64,000 nt of DNA from Macrostomum lignano (taxonomy: Eukaryota), in contig NIVC01000778.1 in NCBI GenBank assembly GCA_002269645.1, positions 124,001-188,000 of the forward strand, given 5' to 3'. Made by a program: the position numbers and the translations under genes. Each line of letters begins with the position of its first letter. Position 1 is the first letter of the stretch. Shown one piece after another: positions 42,222 to 55,109 of this stretch. Below the pieces are notes generated by a model, which saw nothing but the letters and a program-made list of their open reading frames with translations, was not told the DNA's origin and did no database searches.

Positions 42222-45200
42222 TGTTGCGTATTGCTATGACTACTGCAAAGTATAGACTTTTACTGCGGAAATAGTCTATGGTTTATGCGACGCGATACAG
42301 TACTCTCCTTTGTTTGCTAAGCTTCGAATCTCTTCATTTAGGAACACAAGACCCTAGGAGCGCGCTGCTGCTAAAATATAGCTTAATTTCAAACTACCCT
42401 AATTCATTGACTTGGCGTTTTTCAAACAAAACATGGCGACGAGGATAAAAAGCAACTGAGGGTCGAGGAAAATTCCGCACCTGCCGCCCTCAAAATGGCT
42501 CAGTCAATGGAGTACCGTCTTGGTGAGATGCCACTTTCTTACCCAGAGATAGAACAATACTTCAAACGACTTCTGTTCTACCTGAAGGCAACTGAGAAGA
42601 AGGAGCAAGCCAAAGCAGTCCTACTGGCTACCTGCGGTAAATCTGCATTCAATCTGGTGGAGGAGCTGATAAAACCAGAAGACATCACCAAGGCCGGTGT
42701 TACGTTCAATTCGATTCAGGACACTTTGCTCGTGAACTTCAAACCGAAAGTTCTGCTTCACTATGAGCGACATGTGTTCCATTCCACTGTTCAAAAGGAC
42801 GCGGAGAGCATTACGAGCTATAAATTTCGTTGCACGGCTCAAGCAACAAGCCAACAAGTGCCAATATGGTGAATTGCGCGAAGACCTGATCCTGTCTCAG
42901 TTCATCTTCGGACTTCGTAGTCAGAATCTGCGGCAAAAACTGCTATCCAAAGGCACGCTTGAGCTTAATGATGCTATTCAAGAGGGACTCATGACCGAGT
43001 CAATTGCAACTGCTACAGACAAGCCGGAAACTATCGCTAATGTGCAGAATGCTGGGACATTCTCGAGACCTAGAAGCTGCAGTGCCCAACGCTCTGTCTC
43101 ATTCAAGCAACCTCAGGGACATCTGCATAATCAGTCGAGCGGCAAACCTAAAGGTAAAACAGCTAAGTGTCACACCTGTGGGAAATCGGGACATCTACGA
43201 TCAGCATGCAGGTTCCGAGAAGCCAAGTGCCATAAATGCGGCAAGGTAGGACATCTAGCTACCGTGTGCAGATCAAAGGCTATGAACGCAATCCAACGAA
43301 TGCCAAGCTGCAGCCCTTCACCAGGGAACACTAGCTCTTACCATCTGGAACTCATTCATGCGGTTAGACAGCCAAAAACGGGTTACTCAGATCAGTGGTT
43401 TGTTCGGTGTCGTCTAGGAAAAACCGAAGTCAACATGCTTGTGGACACCGGCAGCCAAGTAACTAAGGTTCCAGATCAAATCACTAAGAGCTCAGGCTTA
43501 GAGTTACAGCCAGTCAGCCAAAAACTAAGATCTTACGGAGGTTTTCAAGCTACGGTCAGTTCTGTCATCTACGGGGCAAAGCTACAAGTTATTGGTGGCA
43601 AGTCTGCTTCAGAAAACATCTACGTCGGTCAAGATACAACAGCTATTCTGGGCATGAACTTCATACCGTCCCTAGACCTAGTGCGAATGGATCAAGCGGT
43701 TCGAGTGTCGAATGAACACAAGTGCCTACCAGTTGTCCGAGATCAAAGCTCAAACTTCATTGCCAGCTTTCGCTTACGTTCGGGTGTGAGTATGGAAGGC
43801 ATGCGATTTCCTGCTCGCTCACTTCCTTTCTCCATGAAGTCTATGGTAGAAACCGAACTAAGAAGACCTATTCGACTGTGTGGCGACTACTCTATGATGC
43901 TCAATCGTCTTATTGACGTGGACAAGTACAGGTTTCCGAAGATGGAGGAGATCCTGGCTAAGATTCCCAACGCTAAATTCTATACGGTCCTAGACTTAGA
44001 ACAGGCCTTCTTACAGGTGGCTCTATCCCCTGAGAGCCAAGAGCTCACATGCATTTCTACTCACATGGGATTCTTTGCATTCTGATATCTACAATTCGGG
44101 ATTTCCGCGGCGCCTCTAAGATTTCAGGAAATCATGGACGAAGTTCTTCGGGATGTACCATTTACAGCCTCATACCAGGATGACATCATTATTGGGACAC
44201 CTGAGGATTCAGCCGAGAAACACATGCAGCTGGTTCGTCAAGTCAAGGATCGTTTGGCAAACTGCGGGTTCAAGATTAACCAGAGAAAGTCTCAAGAATG
44301 TCGTAAAGAAGTTCGATTTCTTGGCTTCATTTTGCGCGATGGAGGCATGCACCCCGACCCAGCACGAATGGAGGCGTGGAAGAGGTTACCATATCCAAAA
44401 GACAAGGACCAACTGCGCAGCGCTCTGTGCACCTTCCGACACTATGGCGTCTTCTGCAATAACTTTTCAATGATTGCACGATCGTTATATCAGCTGCTGA
44501 AGAAAGGAGTTCACTGGAGTTGGCATGGAGAGCAGTCTGCGGCATTCGACAAGCTGAAGAGCATTATTGCAGGCGGTGTGATAACCGCATACGACATAAC
44601 GAAACCGTTATACTTGATTTGTGACGCCTCTAAGGATGGCCTCGGGTACGTTCTAGCTCATGATCCAATGCAAAGACAGGTTGTCTGGCTAGGCAGCCGA
44701 GTCCTGACTCCAGCGGAGAGCAACTACGCTAACATTGAGCGGGAGGCGTTAGCGATCGTCGAAGGGACCAGATACTTTTGTCAGTACCTCGCGGGTCGAA
44801 AATTTACCATCATTTCTGATCACCAACCGCTTCAGTACATATTTAATCCGAACGAGGTCTCCGAGCGAGTTTCAGCAAGGATTCAGCGATGGGCATTAAT
44901 GTTAAGAGCTTACGATTACAACGTGATGTACGTCAAGGGTGAAACGATGTACGCTGCAGACACTTTGTCCAGACTTCCACTGCAGTCGGACTCAGAGGAT
45001 CAGAAGATCAACCTCCTAGAAATCAATGCACTGGAGGGTTTCGGAAACTCTGAACAGCTATGCAGAGGATCGTACGAACTAAAGATTACAAGTTGGACAT
45101 GCTCAAGAAGTACATTCAAGACGGCTGGCCTGCTTATCCACCACCAGCTATGCTGCCATATTCACGCAATAAGTTGGAATACACACTCCAAAACGGAGTG

Positions 45201-45969
45201 ATTTTCAAGGGATTGCGCATCGTCCCACCCTCTAGCCTGAGAAGCGAGATTCTCCATATGCTTCACGAGGACCACCCCGGCATCGTGAGGATGCTACGTC
45301 TATCCAGACAGTACTTCTGGTGGCCCGACATAGATGCTCAAATCAATGCATTCGTTTAACGTTGTGTTCAATGCCAGCTACATGCTAGGAAAAGAAGCAA
45401 TGCAAATCTGTCGTCATGGCCGGAGACAAAAAGTTTCTTCGAGAGAGTTCACGTTGACATCGCTACTTTCAAAGGTCAACGCTTCCTTGTCCTGGTTGAC
45501 GCATTTTCAAAATGGGTAGATGTACAGTCCGTGCCGTCAATGAAAGCATCCATTGTCATTAGTGCGCTGAGAAAAACGTTCAAGTATACCGGATTGCCGA
45601 AAAATCTGGTTTCGGACAATGGTGGAACTTTTGTGGCAGAAGATTTTGTTACTTTCCTGCGAGAGAACTACATCGACCACACACTTACTCCCCCAGGACA
45701 TCATCAGTCCAACGGTCAGGTGGAGAGAGTAATTGAAGAACTGAAGTTTTATTTAAGAAAGATAAACGCTGGTGCCAATCTTTCTGAGCTGGAAAGGCAT
45801 TTAGCAGGATTCTGCCTGTTTCAGAATACGACTCCTCACTGCAATGGATCAATTCTGGCACTTCTGGTGTTTCAGCAGTCGCCCCGAACACGTCTATCAG
45901 CCATTTGTACAGAGAGGACGAGGCCGGTTCAAGAGCCAGTTCCTGTTTTCGTGCGTGTGGAGCACAAGG
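42222..45969 (+). mobile_element. 5' part of a degenerate Gypsy (Mag-like) LTR retrotransposon: 5' LTR 42222-42433, PBS 42434-42444, gag-pol truncated in the integrase tail
   Basis: LTR TG...CA of 212 bp, PBS TGGCGACGAGG. Gag has two CCHC knuckles (CHTCGKSGHLRSAC, CHKCGKVGHLATVC), followed by protease VDTGS, RT YQDDII, RNase H CDAS/EREALA, integrase HEDHPG..C..C and core (SDNG, SNGQVER). Mag assignment is inferred from the double knuckle, short LTR and PBS. Confidence 0.93.
42495..45969 (+). pseudogene. Disrupted gag-pol
   Basis: Frameshift near 42840; in-frame deletion in early RT (VETELRR joins directly to PIRLCGDY); TGA at 44083-44085 where R is expected in FAF-R-YLQFGISAAP; frameshift near 45060; TAA at 45357-45359 just before the integrase CxxC. 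Confidence 0.88.
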
Positions 45970-46002
45970 AGCAACGGGTCCCTAAGAACCAAGACAATAC
46001 TA

Positions 46003-46888
46003 TACCTTTTCCACTCCAAGTCTGTCACAAGTAACTTCAAATCTGCCGTAGATAGCAGAAAGGCATACATTCAGCTCGCAAGCCGAGCGCCAACTTAATA
46101 GTCTATGGTTAAAGCTCAGATCAATTCTGTCAAAAGTAATTTCAAATCTGTCCACTGAACAGATAACGAAACAAAGGTTTATTTTGAACAGTGCTCTCAA
46201 ATTAAAGCAACAAATTCTGTAATTCACTATGCTAACATGTCTGCTACAGTCAATCAGTTGCATAGATATTTCAAACAAAAATATCGCGACGATCCAAGCA
46301 GGCCTGTCCGTAACTCAACGTGTGCAGGTGCCATCGTAGGCAGTGGTCATGTGTCAGATGAGGCATGCTGGCATGCAATTCGCGAATCAGAATGCTCAGT
46401 CTGAATGCTTTAGGATCAAGTTTGCGGTGGTCCTTTTGATTCCGAGGTCAATGGCCAGTCTCCTCCAGTCCCGTCCAGTGTTGTAGCTGTTAACCAGGCG
46501 CTGCCTGTCTATTAAGCATATTCTAGCATAGGGCATGGTGGGTAAGGCAAGAAAAAATTGTTGTGAACTCGCGTTGCTGTCAACATATATATCTCTGACA
46601 GATGTGAACTTACTTGTGACAGAATTTATATATAAGATTGCCATAGACGAATAAGTTTCACTGTTAAAATCTGGGTCTGTCTATAAAGAAGTTTTCTAGT
46701 CTTCACTGCTTTGGTTCCAACTCCCTATCTGTTCAGTGGACAGATTTGAAGTTACTTTTGACAGAATTGATCTGAGCTTTAACCATAGACTATTAAGTTG
46801 GCGCTCGGCTTGCGAGCTGAATGTATGCCTTTCTGCTATCTACGGCAGATTTGAAGTTACTTGTGACAGACTTGGAGTGGAAAAGGTA
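46003..46888 (-). mobile_element. Internally deleted Tc1/mariner (IS630-like) DNA transposon with 163-bp TIRs
   Basis: TIRs 46003-46165 and 46726-46888 differ at one base; flanking TA on both sides. The interior encodes an HTH-like start MPYARICLIDRQRLVNSYNTGRDWRRLAIDLGIKRTTANLIL, followed out of frame by a C-terminal-like LIRELHASMPHLTHDHCLRWHLHTLSYGQACLDRRDIFV*; no DDE core. Confidence 0.85.
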
Positions 46889-46904
46889 TACTACAGGCTC
46901 TAAA

Positions 46905-47240
46905 CTATTCAGTCATTAGAGGGCCCTAAGATCATTCTATTCAATCACATGACCACAAGTTCATGCTATTCAATCAGCACATGACCCTAAGATCATGCTA
47001 TTCAGTCATTATATGACCCTAAGATCATGCTATTCAGTCATTATATGACCCTAAGATCATGCTATTCAGTCATTATATGACCCTAAGATCATGCTATTCA
47101 GTCATTATATTACCCTAAGATCATGCTATTCAGTCATTATATTACCCTAAGATCATGCTATTCAGTCATTATATTACCCTAAGATCATGCTATTCAGTCA
47201 TCGCATGATCCTTATATATGCTTTTCAATCATTATATGAC
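46905..47240. repeat. 32-bp minisatellite
   Basis: Unit CCCTAAGATCATGCTATTCAGTCATTATATGA, period 32 (46985 to 47017). Confidence 0.9.
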
Positions 47241-47285
47241 CCTAATAATGACCCTAATCCGAAAGCTGCGAACGGCTGACACTTA

Positions 47286-47410
47286 ACCCCAGCTAATGCT
47301 GGCACCCATTTTACAGCTGGGTGAACTGAAGTAATGCAGGGGTAAGTGTCTTGCTCAAGGATACAAATTGTTCCAGTGGGATCGGGAATCGAATCCCCGA
47401 CCTTTCAGAT
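47286..47410 (-). mobile_element. tRNA-derived SINE family B (CORE-like), 5'-eroded copy
   Basis: Minus strand reads GGGGATTCGATTCCCGATCCCACTGGAACAATTTGTATCCTTGAGCAAGACACTTACC; homologous to 58962-59104. Confidence 0.65.
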
Positions 47411-47611
47411 TAAATCGAAGTACTCGTATTGATAAAGAAAAATAAAAAATCAACAAAAAAATTGTTACAAACAATTTGTAACCCTACATGGGATTAATTA
47501 TGGCACTGCTTATTACATGTATATTTTTCATTTGTACAACACTGATTGATACAAGCAGTTCGTAACATACACAAAATGCCGACACATTAAATCGTGAATT
47601 TAGCTAATTAA

Positions 47612-50130
47612 TTATTTATTAGCCTCATCATCATTCTCCTCTTCATCTTGTTCAGCTTCGTCAGTCTGCACGCCTAGCATGGCTTCGGTTTCTCTAGCCC
47701 GTTCAATCATATCGTCAGTCATGTACTGGTTCAATAAGATCGCCTTCTTTCGTTCTAACAGAGCCGCTTCGATCTCTTTCTGGCTGGGCACGGGCACGTG
47801 GGCTCGGTAACTGGCTATCATCTTGTCCGTGTAGCTGCCGCCAGCAGCCCCGGCAGCAGACGATTCAACAGCCGATCCAGCCGTTGAACTGTCGCCGCCA
47901 AGAATCTCGTCATCGGCTGGATTCGATTCGACCCGATAAATCGAAGACGAGGCCGGGTCGGAGGCGTCCCGGTCCTCTTGTTCGTCGTCGGAGGCGTCCA
48001 GAATTCCGCGCGATGGTCGCTCGCCGGCTGCCAGGGTGGCCAAGCGACTGCGCCGCTCTTTGGCTAGAATGAGCTTGAGCTGAGCCTCTCTGCGGGAGGT
48101 TGGAGTGCAATTTTCAGATTAGAGAGAGTGATTCTCAGATTAGAGAATGATTCTCAGATTAAAGAGTGATTCTGAGATTAGAGAGAGTGATTCTCAGATT
48201 AGAGAGAGTGATTCTCAGATTAGAGAGAGTGATTCTCAGATTAGAGAGAGTGATTCTCAGATTAGAGAGAGTGATTCTCAGATCAGAGAGTGATTCTGAG
48301 ACTAGAGAGAGTGATTCTCAGATTAGAGAGAGTGATTCTCAGATTAGAGAGAGTGATTCTCAGATTAGAGAGAGTGATTCTCAGATTAGATAGAGTGATT
48401 CTCGGATTAAAGAGAGAGTGATTCTCAGATCAGAGAGTGATTCTCAGATTAAAGAGAGAGTGATTCTCAGATTAGATAGAGTGATTCTCGGATTAAAGAG
48501 AGAGTGATTCTCAGATTAGATAGAGTGATTCTCGGATTAAAGAGAGAGTGATTCTCAGATCAGAGAGTGATTCTCAGATTAGAGAGAGTGATTCTCAGAT
48601 TAGAGAGAGTGATTCTCAGATTAAAGAGAGAGTGATTCTCAGATTAGATAGTGATTCTCAGATTAGAGAGTGATTCTCAGATTAGATAGAGAGTGATTCT
48701 CAGTATCAGATTAGAGAGTGATTCTCAGATTAGAGAGTGATTCTCAGATTAGATAGAGTGATTCTCGGATTAGAGAGAGAGTGATTCTCAGATTAGAGAG
48801 TGATTCTCAGATAAGAGAGAGTGATTCTCAGATTAGAGTCTCACCTAGCAGCCTCCTGTTCCAGCACAATACCATCTTCCTCATCCCTGTAGCCGTAATA
48901 ATCAACGTCAATAAATTTCGCCAACTCGCCGCGAGTTTTCCTAGGCGGCGGAGTCGGATCGGCCTCGAACAATTCCCGGACTCCGGGCAGAAACCTGGTG
49001 GCGCCGAAGTAGCGGTAGCCCCGACATCCCGGCGCCTCCTTGCCGTCGCGTTCCAGCATCCGGGGCGCATCCTTGCGATAGTCCGGCCCGCCCAGCTCCT
49101 TGATTCGATCTTCCCAATGGGATTTTTCGCGAAATAATTTATTGATTTCGTCGTTTAAATCTCGGAGCTTGAATTCGCCAAGGCCGGGGTTTTGAATTTG
49201 GCCCACCTGGCAGAAGGTTTGTGGGGGTGGGGCGGGTGGTTGTAATTAGTCAGCAGTTGTGGAATCGAACCCCGCTACTGCACAATTATTACTCATGTTA
49301 CTATAGAGCAATTCCAACTTATTATCTCATGGCGAGATCTCACCATGAAACAATGAGATAAGACGAAGATAAAACTCATAATGAGATATCATGCTCAAAA
49401 TCTCTGGTGAGATCTACTCTCACTCTGAATCAATGAGAAGATAAGAATAAACCTCATAGTGACATCTCATGGTGAGATTTCAGGTCTCTTCTACTCTCAC
49501 TTTTTGTCTCATGCTTACTCTCATTGTACTTTTACTAGATCTCACCCTACTTTTCATTGTATTTTGGCAGATAATCATTAAAATCTCACCAAGAAACGAT
49601 TAGATAAGATGAGATGAGAGTATATCTCATAGTGAGATATCATGCTAAAAATCTCAGGTGAGATCTACTCTCACCCTACGTCTCATACTTACTCCTATTA
49701 AGTACTTTAACTTGATTTCACCATATTCCTCATTATATTTTCGCTGATTAATCATTGAAATTTCACCGTGACACGACGAGATGAGATGAGAGTAGAACTC
49801 ATAGTGAGATCTCATGGTAAGATTTGATATGAGATCTACTCTCATCCAACATTTCATTGTACTTTAACGAGAGTGAGTGGCTGAGATGCCATAGTAAATT
49901 CAGCTAATTCTCAGCTAACTACCTACTAATCTGTGAATATATTTGGGTCCTAAACAAACCTTGAACGCGATCTCCTTGATAATATCCCGACGCCAGCGAA
50001 TGGCTTCCTGTAAATCGTTGCACTCTGTGGCTAAATATGGCCGTCGACGAGCCTTCTCGTGCGCCTTGTCAACAAAAACACTTCGCCAACGCGCCAAAGC
50101 TGTCATGGCCTTCTCAGAGTTGCGAGCCAT
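47612..50130 (-). CDS. ISY1: Pre-mRNA splicing factor ISY1; exons 50130-49960, 49206-48845, 48089-47612 (336 aa)
   Basis: MARNSEKAMTALARW...RRRPYLATEC..., GQIQNPGLGEFKLRDLNDEINKLFREKSHWEDRIKELGGPDY..., FGATRFLPGVRELFE, HVPVPSQKEIEAALLERKK are hallmark ISY1 motifs. Phases 0 and 2 join with canonical GT-AG sites. Confidence 0.95.
48112..48838. repeat. ~21-bp minisatellite filling ISY1 intron 2
   Basis: Unit GTGATTCTCAGATTAGAGAGA with 19-23 bp variants. Confidence 0.95.
49320..49860. repeat. Degenerate internal repeats in ISY1 intron 1
   Basis: Recurrent CTCAT(A/G)GTGAGAT(C/A)TC and GGTGAGATCTACTCTCAC motifs. Confidence 0.6.
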
Positions 50131-51800
50131 GCTTCTACTTTAATTGATTTGAGATGTATTTGTTGTGTTCTATTAAGTAACCAGTGTATAGTAGTCAAAC
50201 ATGCAATAAGGAAATAATCAAGAAACCTTATTAAAGTCTTATTACAAAATCAAAAGTTAAAACTTTGAACCTCTAACCCATGGAACTTGCACAAGTCTAC
50301 AGAATGACTCCATGTTTGTTGATTATTCAAGTTTGACAATTGATACAATAGGCCTGCCAACAATCCAAATAATGATAAAATTATTTATAATTCAGATGAA
50401 ATATAATTTATAAAAATAAAGAACTTAAATTAAATGGCATTTAGCTTAGAAAAAAGCAAGGAGCTAATTTGGCATCTGGGGTTAGTAACTGGGAGGTTGA
50501 TGTTACAATGATATAACAGAACCTAAATTATAAAAAAAATATTTATAAATTTATTATACAAGGACTCAAGTACTTTTTAGTTAATTAGAATATATGAACA
50601 GACAAAATATTTTGATAGTCTTCAAGTATTTAAGTATGGCACTTATGCAGATATAGGCCTGTATAAATTAATTGCTAGTCTAGGCCTCATCAATCACCAT
50701 ATAGTAGGTCAGTCTTCTGAAAATTATACATATCATGTCCCTTAAAATTTTATCAAACTTGTTTTCCTCATTGCTATTATGTATACTGCAAAAAGAAAAC
50801 AGAGTTGAGATAAATGTTTTTTTTGTAAAAAATTGACCTAGAAACCATTTAAGCCTAAACTTTAAAGCATAGAAATCTTTGTATTCATGTTGTTGTTTAG
50901 TTTAGTTTTGTTATGTTAAATAGTTTTATTTAACTATTAATACAGCTTAAATTTTTAGGCCTAGTTTAATATATAAAAAATGATGTTTTTTAAAAGCTTT
51001 GTTTTTTATAATGCCTACAATTTGTTACAAAGTTTAATTAAATAATGACATTAAAAACAATACAAAAAGCTTTATAATGCATTATCAACTTCAAGTCTGC
51101 TATATTAATCTTATAGATTCTATAATGCTAGGATTTACTTTGACAATTTTTATAAGAGTTTGTTTTTTATCCCTTCAGTAATATTGTCAGAGTAAGGTGT
51201 ATATTTTATATAGTCTACTTACAAATAATAAATTAATATATTATTTAATACAACAATATATTTTTTCTATATAAAAAAGAAGGAGATCTTCTAGTTTAGC
51301 ACATTTAATTATTTTTGAAATTTTAGCAAAGTTAAATGTGTTGTATAGCTGGCAATGGTGCCAAAAAAACTTGTCAAGGTAGGTGTCAAACAGGGCCTTA
51401 GAAATGCCAAAGTTGTAAAAGTTGCAAAGGTCTGCTACAAGTCCTATTTCTGCAATGAGAATTAGACTAGTAGGTGCTATAGGGTGTCTAGCTATGATTG
51501 CACAAGAAAAGTTGTTGCTCAATATTGACAAGAAAACAAGCAAGACAAGAAATCTTTATCCCTAATTGCGTGTATTTTAAACAAATTCTTATAAGTTGAA
51601 AATATTTTCTGTCCCATTAGACAGAATATTTTCTGTTCACTGTCACATTAAAAAGGGAGCAATTGCAGGTGTTGGAAATAGATATAGCCAAAAGCCATCT
51701 TAAACTAATAGACATAGATATAAAATTAATATAGTGCCACATTTTAAACACAAACAAGTTTAAATATTTATTTGTGATAGGTCTAACTAAGCAAGTTAAG

Positions 51801-52035
51801 GGAACCATAGCCCAGTGGTAGTGCAGCTGCTCTGGTATGCCAGCAACCCAGGCTCAATTCCAAGTGCAATCATATTAATTTAAGGCTAAATTGGAATCTT
51901 GGCTTGGCTCTACTTGTGCAATTAACAGCCTTGAGAGCCAACCCTCCAAAGCGCAATGAAGTTTACATGCCTAACGATAAAATAAAGTTAGGGCCGCTGT
52001 ACACTCCTGTGTGAGTGTGTGCCTGCGTATATATT
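51801..52035 (+). mobile_element. Dispersed repeat family A (probable tRNA-derived SINE), copy 2
   Basis: Head GGAACCATAGCCCAGTGGTAG (A-box-like) ... GGCTCAATTCC (B-box-like), then the family A core. Confidence 0.65.
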
Positions 52036-55000
52036 TGCGCGCTTGTATGTCTGCTCAGGGGAGTCGGCAGAATAGGCAGTAATGCCTCTTGCCAGTTGTG
52101 TGCCTATGTCGCTTAAAGTGCGCCAGGGTGCACACAACCCCCTTGCCTCTAACATGTGGTAGCGGTACCTTTGTTTCTTATAAACTCATTTTTCAAATTA
52201 GTGCGAAATTTTATATTTGTTGTTTTAATATTTAAAATATTTTCAACTTATAAGAATTTGTTTAAAATACACACAATCAACTAGTATAAAAGAAAGAGAA
52301 TTGTAGGAAGGAAAAGATAACACTTGTTTGCTAGCTATAAGCTTAAAATGTGTTCAATAAATCATTCACAGATCTTTGCTTATTTCTAAAGAGTATTGCA
52401 GAGAAGGTTGAAAGTTGGGAATTGAGAGTTCATGCAAAAGTTGTACTAAGAGTAATTGCTGTGACCCTCTAATCCTGGGAACGCCCAGATTGGAGAAAGA
52501 GACAGGCCATATACTAAGAATGCTATAGATCATATACTAAGAACGCTACCAGACCATATAGTAAGAACGCTACCAAACCATGTACTAAGAACGCTACCCA
52601 GAAATATATGAGATTCTAAGAAACAGTTAAAAACATTAAGGCAAGATTAAGTGCTAGCAGTAGAAATTTAATAGAGAGAAAGTAAGCCCTACAACAACTT
52701 TATTGGCTTAACACTGGGATTTTGTATTGTATAAGTACAAGAACACCCCTAGCACAACTTGGTGGCAGCTTATAGGATATTAAATAAACACTAGCTCATC
52801 AATAGTCAGAGTTTAGAAAGACAGAGCCAAAAGCCCTGTCACAAACAAAACTCTAACATAACAACTAAGGAAGTTGTTATTTTTTATACAATAATTAAAT
52901 GTGGAATGCTTAATGAGTAGAAAACTTAATGAGAAGTGTATGCCCTATGCTATATGCTTCCTTCCTAAATTTGCTATAGCTAATCTAGCCAAGGAAAAAG
53001 GCTGCTTTCTCTACCTGCTAGCCAAGGAAAATTGTGAAATTAATTCTTTTTCCTCTTAGGCCTAGTCTTAATATAGAGGCAAAAATGACAAAGCAAACCT
53101 AGAAAAAAAGCAGAAAAAATGGAAAAAAAAAAATAAATTGCAATAGGTCTACTAAAAGAAAGTTAGTGCTAAGAGGAATAAAATTTTTAGGCTTAACTTA
53201 GTAGGCCTAAGATTTGGATATTTCCTAGACCTACTTTATTTTTAGTTTATCTTTATAAGTATAGACTAGGCCTAAACTAAATTGGAACTTTAATAATGAA
53301 CTTATATTATACTATAGGTCACAAATTATGATATACAAATATATGCACTTTTGTAATCTATAGGTATAGTAGGGCCTACCACCTACCATACTGCCTACCC
53401 TATGACTATACCCCATTTAATTTTTTTTAGATCTAAACCTGATAGTGATTGGCCAGGTTTTACACATGTGTGGATGCCTAGCCTAGTAGTAGGCCTAAGC
53501 GTCTAGAGATAAGATAAACAAGCTTAGGCCTATTGATTAGAAAATTAAAAAAAATTTAGGCCTATGCCTCTCCTACTTGCTTGACTTTAGTTTAGTCGCT
53601 AGCCTAGTAGTAGTAGGGCTTACTATTTATTAGGCCTAATTAATGCCTAAAATTTGAAACTGGCTAAGTCGATTGAATTGAAATATAAGCCAAGTGAATT
53701 TATTATAGGCTCCCAATGAATGCAATAGGGCCTACACATGCAATATTGATAACACATGCATATTTTTTCGATAAAATGCAATGCAATCCAAGTTCTAATA
53801 AATTATTTGTATGATAAACTAAACTCAGCTATATTAATCCATCTAATGTACACACATAGATGCCCGATGTTTCTCATTGTTCATTTTCATAGTAAATAGT
53901 TTTCTTTTTAATAGTATAAGCCTAGAGAAGTAGAAGATACGAGTGTATACTAAAAATGTGTTGTCCCCGGTATAGGCCTATCCATATATACAAATGATTT
54001 TATTAGATTTAGGCTGAAAATGTTTCTTTTTTAGGTGAAATATTAAACACAATGAAAGAAAACACAAAACACAATAGAATAGTAATCGTAAACAAACAGA
54101 ACGCTAGCTACAGTTCTCAGGGCCTTTTCATATTGCTTGCTCTGGTTCCAGAACCAGAACCAATTTGTGAAGTATAACTTTTTGTCTCCATAACTAGAGG
54201 GAGATACGTGCTATAAATTTTTTATTATTGAATGACAATCGCCAAGAAGAAAGTGAAAAATTATGCTAAGTTAGGTTGTTAAGGCAGTCAAATATTAACA
54301 GAGTTTAATAGTTATACTGCTGTTTTTCTTGGAATTCCGAACCGATTCTGGTTCTGGAATTGGTAATATGAAAAGGCCCTCAGTCGTCTCAGTCGCCTTT
54401 TTTGCGGTGGTGGTCTCAGTGGTACGGGAGAGCGCGGGGCGGGTTTTTGACAAAGTGCTTTTCCGCGAACTAATTGCCAACTAAAACAATTCTTCCTGAT
54501 TGAAAAGAAAACCCTGATAGCTGACGTTTTTTCTAAGAAGTAGAAAAAATTAGTTAAATCTTATAATAGTTTTTTAATTTTTTATAGTTAAATCGCATCG
54601 AGATTGGGATTTCACTTGCCAACAGCAATTCTGTTTAAGTCGAATCATTTTATTTGTAATTAATTCGTCAATCTAATTCTTTTGGAATGAAATTCTCCCT
54701 GTTACTTTTAGTAGTAGGTACCAAACGCAACTGCGTAATCGTATAGAGAGAATAACTTATCTCTGTAGCATTATATATACGAGCGTAGCTTAGGCACTCA
54801 ATCGACTATTACACAAACTCGTCGTCCGCTTCTTAATCTTCGCAAGCCTAGAAAAGTTTTTGCTGACTTACCCGAACAACATATTTGGAGGGTACCAAGC
54901 CACAAAATTCTAGCTCTTTCTGGCTAAATTAAGACAGTTATAAGCTTAACTCGTTGTTTTTGCCCGGAAGATACAATCCGATCAATCCGTTTTGAAAAAA

Positions 55001-55109
55001 TCAATTTTTTTCTGTTATATTTCGAACAGACTAGAAAAATGGAGGATTGAATGAAAAAATGCCAAGTAAAAAAGCTTGAATGAGATTGTCAAACGATTTC
55101 AAGAGTTAT

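Noticed and set aside
51241-51808. Short minus-strand ORFs in AT-rich DNA
   Set aside because: No splice context, homology or coding-like composition.
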